A stretch of DNA of 64,000 bases from a virus. The DNA lies in the IMG/VR virus record IMGVR_UViG_3300028182_000001, positions 32,001 to 96,000 of that record; one strand, 5' to 3'. Shown piece after piece: positions 1-7,451 of the stretch. Below the pieces are notes generated by a model. The model made no database searches and was not told where the DNA came from. It was given only the letters and a program-made list of their open reading frames with translations. A program made the position numbers and the translations under genes. How positions within the stretch are numbered: position 1 is the first letter of the stretch; the number at the start of each line of letters is the position of its first letter.

Positions 1-255
1 CAACAAGTGTTAGACGCTCGAATTGATAAGGTTTTAGAAGAGGAAGGTGGCAAAGACCGTAAGGTTGATGACGCTGACCACGCTCGCATCGTAAAAAATG
101 CAGAGTCTCGCTACAAACCAAATCTTGTCGATCCTATTGGTATCCGTAAGGTTATCAATCAGATGGAAGAAGATATCAATTCGTTCGAGTTAGATGTGGA
201 TGCTTCATTATCCGAAATCAACGCTCGTACGGATATCGAGTTCGAAGTCAAATAG
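1..255 (+). CDS. 5'-truncated helical/coiled-coil protein of unknown function (C-terminal part only)
   Basis: Frame is open from base 1 (CAA CAA GTG TTA...) to TAG at 253-255. The C-terminus VDPIGIRKVINQMEEDINSFELDVDASLSEINARTDIEF is amphipathic-helical. The start lies outside the window. Confidence 0.8.
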   Translation, partial: QQVLDARIDKVLEEEGGKDRKVDDADHARIVKNAESRYKPNLVDPIGIRKVINQMEEDINSFELDVDASLSEINARTDIEFEVK

Positions 256-289
256 TAGGTTGACTCCCTCTCTCTGAGAGGGACAAGCC

Positions 290-652
290 TTTGCTAACAC
301 ACCGACACTTACCAACCAAATGCGTCCCTTACTAACGATATAGTGAGAACAAGATACTTTTGACAGATTAGTCAAAACTAAGCGGTAGCCAAATTGGGCT
401 AATACATATATGATAGTACCCCCGAGGAAGCGGGGTACAAACAGGTGTAAGAAGCTCAAAGCTAAGTGTTCAAAGGTTGACAAGTTAAAAGTTCTTATGC
501 GTTCAAAGGTAATAGTTGTACAGGTCAAAGAGGGCAAGATGAGTCTCCAAAAGAGAGACTAGCCCGTAAAGGTCGATAAAATCCACTGTAAAAGGTTTGC
601 GAGAGTTCATTTGTGGTCTCCGTAGGTGCCTAGTGGCTGGTGTGGTGGCAAA
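290..652 (+). ncRNA. Candidate large structured non-coding RNA with internal heptamer-repeat tract
   Basis: TTTGCTAACACACC (290-303) pairs with GGTGTGGTGGCAAA (639-652). Internal hairpins lie at 328-347, 358-377, 386-401, 416-438, 532-565 and 598-624. A 7-nt repeat tract spans 441-533. An intrinsic terminator follows, and there is no credible + strand ORF. Confidence 0.7.
441..533 (+). repeat. Degenerate 7-nt repeat array (AAAGTTC-like; G4 invariant, T6 in all but the last unit)
   Basis: ACAGGTG 441, GAAGCTC 451, AAAGCTA 458, AGTGTTC 465, AAAGGTT 472, CAAGTTA 481, AAAGTTC 488, TGCGTTC 498, AAAGGTA 505, ATAGTTG 512, ACAGGTC 520, AAAGAGG 527. Further copies at 568 and 591. Confidence 0.7.
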
Positions 653-662
653 TAATAGATGT

Positions 663-698
663 AAAAGACTCCTCGTCTCCTTTCGAGGGGTCTTTTTT
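663..698 (+). terminator. Intrinsic terminator
   Basis: AAAAGACTCCTCG-loop-CGAGGGGTCTTTT followed by a T run. Confidence 0.85.
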
Positions 699-710
699 CG
701 TATGTAGAAG

Positions 711-720
711 TCCTATATTA
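711..720 (+). promoter_or_regulatory. Putative late promoter (variant TCCTATATTA)
   Basis: Variant of the TGTTATATTA motif, in intergenic position just after a terminator and before the 755 CDS. Confidence 0.5.
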
Positions 721-754
721 CACTGGTAAGACCAAATGTGAAAGGTGGGACTCT

Positions 755-1594
755 ATGCTACAAGTTAAATCATTTAGTGGAGCAACACATGCAGAACAGA
801 TTCAAAACGCAATCAATGCTGCAAGTGTAAGCACAACAGACAAGACTGTACAACTAGAAGAGTTTAAAGACTACTACATCACTGCACCTATCATCATTAA
901 GAAGAACGTGGAACTACTATTTGGCTATGGTACAAAACTAGTTATTGGTAGTAACGTACGTGTACTAGAATTAGAGACGAACGCATCCGTGACAAATCCG
1001 TACATCGCTATTGACGATCCGTCATTTGATTCTGCGGTCTTCTACTTGGATGGTAAGAATAAGTTTTATAACACATGGAACAGAACATCTATTAAGAACG
1101 GTGTCATCGTTAACTGGGCAGGTTCTTACAAAGGCGTAGGTATCTCATGCTTTGCAGGTGGAACTGGTCACGAAGTATCATTCGTAAACTTCTTCGACAT
1201 CAAGATTAGTGGTCTACGAAGAGGGTTAGAGCTACGAGCAGCTAAACCATATACAGGTATGGCTTGGGTGAATGCGAATAGATTTAAAGACATCTCATTA
1301 GATGATTGTATTGAAATGATTGTAATTGAATCTTCTGAAACGATCCCGAACGAATGTAGTGGAAATATGTTCACTGGACTTCAAATACAACCTTCTGCTA
1401 TGACAACAACAGTACTACGTGTGAACGGGCAACAGAACCGATTCGAGGGTATGCTTTGGGATACTCACTTGATTTCAACTCCTAGTGCATTCGTTCACTT
1501 TACGAATACAAGCTCGTACAACAAGATAGATTTTAACGGATCGGTGCCGACTGCAAAAGTATCCGATGCAGGTGCATTCAATAAAGTACTTTAA
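755..1594 (+). CDS. Right-handed beta-helix (pectate-lyase-like) protein, possible virion-associated carbohydrate-binding protein or depolymerase
   Basis: N-terminal 'AEQIQNAINAA...TVQL...YYITAPIIIKKNVEL' pattern typical of pectate_lyase_3-like beta-helices; Asn/Ile-rich repeats; RBS AAAGGTGG. Confidence 0.6.
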   Translation: MLQVKSFSGATHAEQIQNAINAASVSTTDKTVQLEEFKDYYITAPIIIKKNVELLFGYGTKLVIGSNVRVLELETNASVTNPYIAIDDPSFDSAVFYLDGKNKFYNTWNRTSIKNGVIVNWAGSYKGVGISCFAGGTGHEVSFVNFFDIKISGLRRGLELRAAKPYTGMAWVNANRFKDISLDDCIEMIVIESSETIPNECSGNMFTGLQIQPSAMTTTVLRVNGQQNRFEGMLWDTHLISTPSAFVHFTNTSSYNKIDFNGSVPTAKVSDAGAFNKVL

Positions 1595-1623
1595 GAACTC
1601 CTTAGTGAGTTCTTTTTCTTTTT
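1593..1623 (+). terminator. Intrinsic terminator
   Basis: AAGAACTC-CTTAGT-GAGTTCTT followed by a T run. Confidence 0.8.
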
Positions 1624-1716
1624 GTAACGGTCTCTAGCACGGGTCGTATCTAACTACTGTGATATAATTAAGATACACATTACGTACTCCGTATTCACTA
1701 AATTACTACTATGTAG

Positions 1717-1726
1717 TCTTATATTA
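1717..1726 (+). promoter_or_regulatory. Putative late promoter (TCTTATATTA)
   Basis: One mismatch to TGTTATATTA; upstream of the portal operon. Confidence 0.55.
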
Positions 1727-1737
1727 TATCTAAGGGC

Positions 1738-2046
1738 GTGAGCTATGTGAGTTTATTCAGCAAAGATACGAAATGGAAGAAAGCTAAACAACTTCTGAAC
1801 CACAACTACACATGGTTGGAAGTCATTAGCTACTATAAGTCACTAGGTGGTACCAATGTGTCCGTTTACTCTGTTATCGAAGGTGATAAACGGTTGATTG
1901 TAGATTTAACCGATGATGACCAAGTGCTTCTAGTAAACAAGCATAACGAGTTAGTCAAAGATACTTATGATAACGTATTGAACAGTCGTAAAGTATTTGA
2001 GTACCACGAAGACAACTCACGAAACCCCGTTGAATACAAAACATAA
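1738..2046 (+). CDS. Hypothetical protein upstream of portal
   Basis: 102-aa ORF in operon position; start codon uncertain. Confidence 0.7.
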   Translation: MSYVSLFSKDTKWKKAKQLLNHNYTWLEVISYYKSLGGTNVSVYSVIEGDKRLIVDLTDDDQVLLVNKHNELVKDTYDNVLNSRKVFEYHEDNSRNPVEYKT

Positions 2047-2072
2047 CTTGTAAATAAACTGAGGTGACATGA

Positions 2073-3749
2073 ATGAGTGTATTAGACTGGTTCAATAATC
2101 GAAGTAATGATATGCCACCTGAGAATATCAGAAAGGTAGACGACAACCTTCTACTGGCTATCAAACACTTAGAAGATGAACAGATACAGAAAAGTAAATC
2201 AAGCGGCCAAGGACGGGCTAAGGCATATGAGGAACCTCTTTTAGGTAGTATGTCGATGAACCCTGATTACAAAGAAGCTCCTTCGTCAAGAGGGAATCAT
2301 AACTTACTAGAGACATTGAAGTTATGGTCAAGAAAGAATATTATACTTAACGCAATTATTAATACTCGTGTAAACCAAGTATCGTTATTCTGTACTCCTG
2401 CTAGACATAGTGATAGAGGGATCGGATACGAGGTTCGATTAAAGAACCCGTTAGATAAACCAACTTCACATGACATTGCGAAGATGGAACGTATTGAAGA
2501 CTTCCTGCAACATACAGGTAAGAGTCACGATGATTTCACGAGAGATAATCTCCGAGCATTTGTAAAGAAACTTGTTCGAGATAGATTGGTATATGACAAG
2601 ATTAACTTCGAGCTTATCTACGATACAAAAGGTGAGTTAAACCGATTCAAAGCGGTCGATGCGTCTACTATCTATGTAGCCGTAGATGAGAAAGGTCATG
2701 AACCTAAAGGAAAGAATGTTGCCAAGTACGTACAGATTCTAGAGCGTAGAAAGGTAGCAGAATTTAAAGCAAAAGAAATGGCTTGGGAGGTACACAATCC
2801 GAGAACCGATATTACAGTCGGTCGCTACGGATATTCCGAGTTAGAGGTTGCTATGAACCACTTACAGTACCACGAAAATACAGAGCTATTCAATGCTAGG
2901 TACTTCGCACAAGGTGGTACTACACGAGGTCTATTACATATCAAAACTGGACAAGACCAATCAAACCAAGCGTTACAGGCATTTAGACGTGAATGGACCG
3001 CAATGTTCAGTGGGATCAATGGAGCTTGGAAGATTCCTGTAATCTCTGCCGAGGATGTTAATTTCGTTAACATGACTCAATCATCTAGAGATATGGAATT
3101 TGAGAAGTGGTTGAACTATTTAATTAACGTATGTTGCTCTATCTATGCTATTGACCCATCGGAGATTAACTTCCCTAACCGTGGGGGAGCTACAGGTAGT
3201 AGCGGTAACTCTCTAAACGAAGGTAGCACGAAAGAGAAACATCGTAGCTCTAAAGATAAAGGGTTAGAGCCTTTACTGAAGTTTATCGAAGATGCAATCA
3301 ACAAATATATCGTTGCACAATTTGGGGATCGTTACTTATTTAGTTTCGTTGGTGGGGATGTTCAAACAGAACGTGAGATTATCGAGATACTAGCAGCTAA
3401 AGCAGAAATCGGTCTAACAATTAACGATGTTCGTAATGAACTAGGTTTACCTCCTATCGAAGGTGGAGACATCATTCTAAATGGTGTTCACGTACAACGT
3501 CTAGGTCAAATCATGCAAGAAGAGATGATGAAACAACAAATGGCTATGACACCTAACGGACAAGTTCCAGGTAACAAGAAAGAGCAGACACCGAAGGAAG
3601 AGAAGTCCCAAGCAGAGCAAAAAGGGATGAACGGTAACTCTAGTAATGTTAACGGTAAAGGAACCCACAACAAAGGGGTAGGCAAAGACGGACAGGTTAA
3701 AGGTGCGAAGAATACAAACGCTTCAAAACAAGGCGGTAAAGGTAAATAA
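2073..3749 (+). CDS. Portal protein
   Basis: Phage_portal-like motifs (GYSELE, NARYFAQGGTTRGLL, DMEFEKWLNYLIN, LTINDVRNELGLPPIEGGD); lies before protease and capsid. Confidence 0.93.
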   Translation: MSVLDWFNNRSNDMPPENIRKVDDNLLLAIKHLEDEQIQKSKSSGQGRAKAYEEPLLGSMSMNPDYKEAPSSRGNHNLLETLKLWSRKNIILNAIINTRVNQVSLFCTPARHSDRGIGYEVRLKNPLDKPTSHDIAKMERIEDFLQHTGKSHDDFTRDNLRAFVKKLVRDRLVYDKINFELIYDTKGELNRFKAVDASTIYVAVDEKGHEPKGKNVAKYVQILERRKVAEFKAKEMAWEVHNPRTDITVGRYGYSELEVAMNHLQYHENTELFNARYFAQGGTTRGLLHIKTGQDQSNQALQAFRREWTAMFSGINGAWKIPVISAEDVNFVNMTQSSRDMEFEKWLNYLINVCCSIYAIDPSEINFPNRGGATGSSGNSLNEGSTKEKHRSSKDKGLEPLLKFIEDAINKYIVAQFGDRYLFSFVGGDVQTEREIIEILAAKAEIGLTINDVRNELGLPPIEGGDIILNGVHVQRLGQIMQEEMMKQQMAMTPNGQVPGNKKEQTPKEEKSQAEQKGMNGNSSNVNGKGTHNKGVGKDGQVKGAKNTNASKQGGKGK

Positions 3750-3770
3750 TCCTCAATTAAGTGGTACTTC

Positions 3771-3780
3771 TGTTATATTA
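3771..3780 (+). promoter_or_regulatory. Late promoter TGTTATATTA
   Basis: Exact motif, also found before the capsid gene; followed by a 13-bp leader hairpin at 3794-3825. Confidence 0.75.
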
Positions 3781-3852
3781 ATAGCATCAAAACGTGCTTG
3801 TAAGGTCGGTATACTTTACAGGCGCATACCACTTAGAGGGGAGGATACCTAG

Positions 3853-4656
3853 ATGCAAGCTGTTAACCCCATAACAGGTAAAGTTAATTTATTCGTTCCT
3901 ATCGACATCGAAGAGTCTATCAGTAAGAGTAACGAAGACACAAGTAGTAAATCATGGTGCCTGAGAGGTTACGCTACAACGCCTGACCTTGACTTACAAG
4001 ACGACATTATTGATCCGAGAGGAATTGATATTAGTCATTTCATCACTCATGGGTATCTAAATTACGAACACTTCCAAGGTGAAGAATACAAGGTTGGTGT
4101 TCCTACTGAAGGTACACATGTAGATGATGTTGGTTTATTCGTAGAGGGTAAGCTATACAAAGATAATCCATATGCGAAGAGTATTTGGAATCTAGCTAAC
4201 AGTATTCAAAAATCAGGTATTGATAGAAAGATTGGATTCTCTATCGAAGGTTTTGCTAAATCTAGAGACAAAGCTGATCCACGGATTATTAAAAGTACAT
4301 ATATCACAAATGTGGCGGTTACAACAAGTCCTGCCAACCCGAATGCAGTATGGGATGCTTTCATGAAGAGTTGGCAAGTTGGGTACGCAATTACACCTGA
4401 AGAGAGTGTAGGAGTTGCTGCTATTAGTCCTGATAGTCTAGCACGAAGCTTATACAACTTATCTTGGTCATTGAAAGAAGAAGATGAATCTAAGTTTAAG
4501 GATGTATGGGGAGAAGTTGGTAACTACTTAGATGCAATGGAAAGATACACACCTGAGAGTGCGATCCTATTCTTACAGATTTCAAAAGGATACTCAAGGT
4601 CAGAAGCTAAAGAGAAGTTAGAACAACTATCTCAACAAGCTAAACAAAACATTTAA
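3853..4656 (+). CDS. Prohead (capsid maturation) protease
   Basis: GYATTPDLDLQDD, LNYEH, GFSIEG and VAVTTSPANPNA motifs of HK97/S78-type proteases; lies between portal and capsid. Confidence 0.9.
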   Translation: MQAVNPITGKVNLFVPIDIEESISKSNEDTSSKSWCLRGYATTPDLDLQDDIIDPRGIDISHFITHGYLNYEHFQGEEYKVGVPTEGTHVDDVGLFVEGKLYKDNPYAKSIWNLANSIQKSGIDRKIGFSIEGFAKSRDKADPRIIKSTYITNVAVTTSPANPNAVWDAFMKSWQVGYAITPEESVGVAAISPDSLARSLYNLSWSLKEEDESKFKDVWGEVGNYLDAMERYTPESAILFLQISKGYSRSEAKEKLEQLSQQAKQNI

Positions 4657-4675
4657 ACTGAAGGGAGTTTAACTA

Positions 4676-5527
4676 ATGAGTGCGAAACAAACTTTTGCTA
4701 AATTAACTGAAGACTTGGAACAATTAGAAAAGTCTGACAAAGAAAAAGAGGTTACAATCGAGGAGCCGAAAGCACCTATCGAAGAACCTGAAGTGGTTGA
4801 ACCTGCTAAAGAGGAGCCAGTAGTGGAAGCACCTGTTAAAGAGGAAGAACCAAAAGAGGAGCCAAAGGAAGAACCAAAAGCTGAAGAACCTGTAAAAGAG
4901 GAACCTAAAGCTGAGGAGCCTAAAGAAGAACCAAAGGTTGAGCTAGTAGCAGAGCCTGTAGTAGAGGAGCCAAAAGAGGAGCCAGTTGCGAAATCTGAAG
5001 AAGGTATCGACACAGGTGACATCTTAAAAGCATTCCAAGCGATCCATAAATCGTTAGGTACTTTACCAAGTGAGCTTGCTGAAATTAAGGCATCTCTAGC
5101 TAGTGTTATTGAAGTGGTTAACTCTCTAGTTCAGGAAGAACAAGTTTCTAAATCTGAGCAACCTGCGGAAGAACCTACTACTGAAGAAGCAGAGGTTACT
5201 GAAGTTGAAGAAGAGGTAGCTAAATCTGAACAACCTGTAGAAGAGGAAGAAGAGTTAGAAGGTAAAGCAGTTGAGTTCGTTTCTAAGTCTAATGGTGTTC
5301 CTGAAGTACAAGTTACAGAGGAAGCAGAAGAAGAGGTAGAGGCAGAACCATTCAACCCACAAAACCACGTAGACGAGATTACACGCTATTACGCAGAGAA
5401 GTCTAGCACTCTATCACCAGGGGCTAAAGACAACTTACGTAGTGCCGTTCACCGTATAAAACGTGGACAACCTACTGATAACGATGTAAAACTTGCTGAA
5501 CAAATCGTTAATTTTTACGGAAATTAA
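4676..5527 (+). CDS. Acidic Glu/Pro/Lys-rich protein, probable scaffolding/core protein
   Basis: EEPK low-complexity repeats, several xKS putative cleavage sites, position between protease and capsid. Confidence 0.7.
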   Translation: MSAKQTFAKLTEDLEQLEKSDKEKEVTIEEPKAPIEEPEVVEPAKEEPVVEAPVKEEEPKEEPKEEPKAEEPVKEEPKAEEPKEEPKVELVAEPVVEEPKEEPVAKSEEGIDTGDILKAFQAIHKSLGTLPSELAEIKASLASVIEVVNSLVQEEQVSKSEQPAEEPTTEEAEVTEVEEEVAKSEQPVEEEEELEGKAVEFVSKSNGVPEVQVTEEAEEEVEAEPFNPQNHVDEITRYYAEKSSTLSPGAKDNLRSAVHRIKRGQPTDNDVKLAEQIVNFYGN

Positions 5528-5544
5528 GAAAAGTAAGTATGAAG

Positions 5545-5554
5545 TGTTATATTA
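5545..5554 (+). promoter_or_regulatory. Late promoter TGTTATATTA (capsid)
   Basis: Exact motif ~140 nt upstream of the major capsid start. Confidence 0.8.
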
Positions 5555-5691
5555 ACAACATGAAAGCCGAATAGAGCTTTTAACATAGACGGGTTCCTCC
5601 TCCTAGCCCGTCTGTGTTTATCCTTTTAGGTGGACAAACATAGGTAACTATTAAACTAAAAATAGATAAAACGAGAAAGGAAGATACATAC

Positions 5692-7134
5692 ATGGGTGCT
5701 GAATTAAATAAAGACAAACAAGTACAAGCAGAGCCTGAAGTACGTAAATTACCTCAAGCGGCTGAAGACAAAATTGCAGACTTACAAAAATCGTTTACGA
5801 CAGGAGTAGGCATCACACCTGATACACAGCTTGACGCTGCGGCTTTAAGACGTGAATACCTTGAAGACGAAGTTAAGATGTTAACTTGGGATAACTCAGA
5901 CTTCACGATTTACCCATTAATTGCTAAACAACAAATCTCTAACACAGTTGCAAAGTATGCAGTGTTCAACCAACACGGACGTACAGGGCATAGTCGTTTC
6001 GTTAGTGAGATTGGGGTAGCAAGCATCAACGATCCTAACATCCGTCAAAAGACTGTACAAATGAAGTTCATCTCAGACACTAAGCAACAATCTATCGCTG
6101 CTGGTCTAGTGAACAACATCTCTGACCCTATGACTATCCTTACAGAAGATGCTATCTCTGTAATTGCTAAGTCTATCGAGTGGGCAATTTTTTACGGAGA
6201 TGCGTCTCTATCTGCTGAAACAGATCAACAATCAGGTATCGAGTTCGATGGTTTACACAAACTTATCGACCAAAAAACGAACATCATTGACTTAAAAGGT
6301 CAGTCTCTATCTGAAGCAGTGCTTAACAAAGCGGCTGTAATCGTAGGTAAAGGTTACGGTAAAGCTACAGATGCGTTTATGCCGATTGGGGTGCAAGCAG
6401 AGTTCACGAATAACCTATTAGACCGTCAACGTGTAATTCAACCGTCTAACGCAGGTGGATTCTCAACTGGTTTCACTATCAACCAATTCTTATCAGCTCG
6501 TGGTGCTATCAACTTACACGGTTCTACTATCATGGAGAACGACAACGTATTAGTTGAAAACCGCTTACCGCAAGCAAACGCTCCACTTCCAGTTAAAACA
6601 CTTAAAGCAACTGTTAAAGCTGCTGACAAAGGTGGATTCACAACTGAAGATAAGAGCCTATCGTACAAAGTAGTAGTATTCTCTAACGAAGCTGAGTCTG
6701 TAGCTTCAGATGCTGTAACTGCGGCTCTAACTGATGCAACAAGTTCTGTAACGTTAGAAATCGAGTTACAACCTATCTACCAAGCTCAACCACAATTCGT
6801 AGTAGTTTACCGTCAAGGTGCTCAAACTGGACACTACTTCCAAATTGCACGTATCCCAGTGGCTAAAGCTAGTGACTTAAACGTAATCACATTCGTGGAT
6901 CGTAACGAAATCATCCCTGAAACAACTGATGTATTCGTTGGAGAAATGAACCAAAACGTTCTTAGCTTACTAGAGTTAATGCCAATGATGCGTCTACCAT
7001 TGGCGCAAATGAACGCTACATACACGTTCTCAGTACTATGGTACGGTGCTCTAGCATTATACGCTCCTAAAAAATGGGTACGTATCAAGAACGTTAAATA
7101 CATCCCTGCATTAGCAGCTGATGTGACTCTATAG
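5692..7134 (+). CDS. Major capsid protein precursor
   Basis: LQKSFTTGVGITPDTQLDAAALRREYL and LWYGALALYAPKKWVRIKNV closely resemble SPO1/Twort/A511-type capsid proteins. Confidence 0.96.
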   Translation: MGAELNKDKQVQAEPEVRKLPQAAEDKIADLQKSFTTGVGITPDTQLDAAALRREYLEDEVKMLTWDNSDFTIYPLIAKQQISNTVAKYAVFNQHGRTGHSRFVSEIGVASINDPNIRQKTVQMKFISDTKQQSIAAGLVNNISDPMTILTEDAISVIAKSIEWAIFYGDASLSAETDQQSGIEFDGLHKLIDQKTNIIDLKGQSLSEAVLNKAAVIVGKGYGKATDAFMPIGVQAEFTNNLLDRQRVIQPSNAGGFSTGFTINQFLSARGAINLHGSTIMENDNVLVENRLPQANAPLPVKTLKATVKAADKGGFTTEDKSLSYKVVVFSNEAESVASDAVTAALTDATSSVTLEIELQPIYQAQPQFVVVYRQGAQTGHYFQIARIPVAKASDLNVITFVDRNEIIPETTDVFVGEMNQNVLSLLELMPMMRLPLAQMNATYTFSVLWYGALALYAPKKWVRIKNVKYIPALAADVTL

Positions 7135-7147
7135 TAGTTAGTACTAC

Positions 7148-7171
7148 GAAAACTGAATAGAAAACTGAATA
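7148..7171. repeat. 12-bp perfect tandem duplication GAAAACTGAATA x2
   Basis: 7148-7159 and 7160-7171 are identical. Confidence 0.85.
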
Positions 7172-7204
7172 GGGACAGACGAAAATTCTGTCCCTTTTTA
7201 TTTT
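7171..7204 (+). terminator. Intrinsic terminator after capsid gene
   Basis: AGGGACAGA-loop-TCTGTCCCT followed by a T run. Confidence 0.88.
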
Positions 7205-7224
7205 ATTAGAATAGGAGAGATAGA

Positions 7225-7431
7225 ATGTTAACACATGATTATTTTAAAAACCACAAGGTAGCTACAGTCTACGGAGACATTAACTTCGATGAGAAGGGTG
7301 AGTCAGAAGACTTAACGTTAGAGCAACAAAAAGAGTTCGAATCACACCCAGGATTCAACTTCGTAGAGCCAAAGAAAGAAGTAAAGAAAGCTCCTGCAAA
7401 GGCTAAAGCTACGATTAAAAAAGAAGAATAG
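7225..7431 (+). CDS. Small hypothetical virion-module protein
   Basis: 68 aa, RBS AGGAGA, Lys/Ala-rich tail, directly after capsid. Confidence 0.8.
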   Translation: MLTHDYFKNHKVATVYGDINFDEKGESEDLTLEQQKEFESHPGFNFVEPKKEVKKAPAKAKATIKKEE

Positions 7432-7451
7432 AAAGGTAAAGGTGATTGGGT

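Noticed and set aside
208-537. 109-aa minus-strand ORF over the candidate ncRNA
   Set aside because: TTG start with no clear RBS, antisense to a uniformly + strand region and overlapping the upstream gene. RNA structure explains the region better.
256-700. tRNA, tmRNA, RNase P, group I/II intron, T-box or CRISPR identity for the structured region
   Set aside because: No cloverleaf or CCA end, no tmRNA acceptor ends, no recognisable intron core or flanking exons, and no repeat-spacer pattern with unique spacers. An Rfam search is still needed.
4669-5355. Minus-strand Ser-rich ORFs and DNA repeats in the scaffold gene
   Set aside because: Shadow of EEPK low-complexity coding on the + strand.
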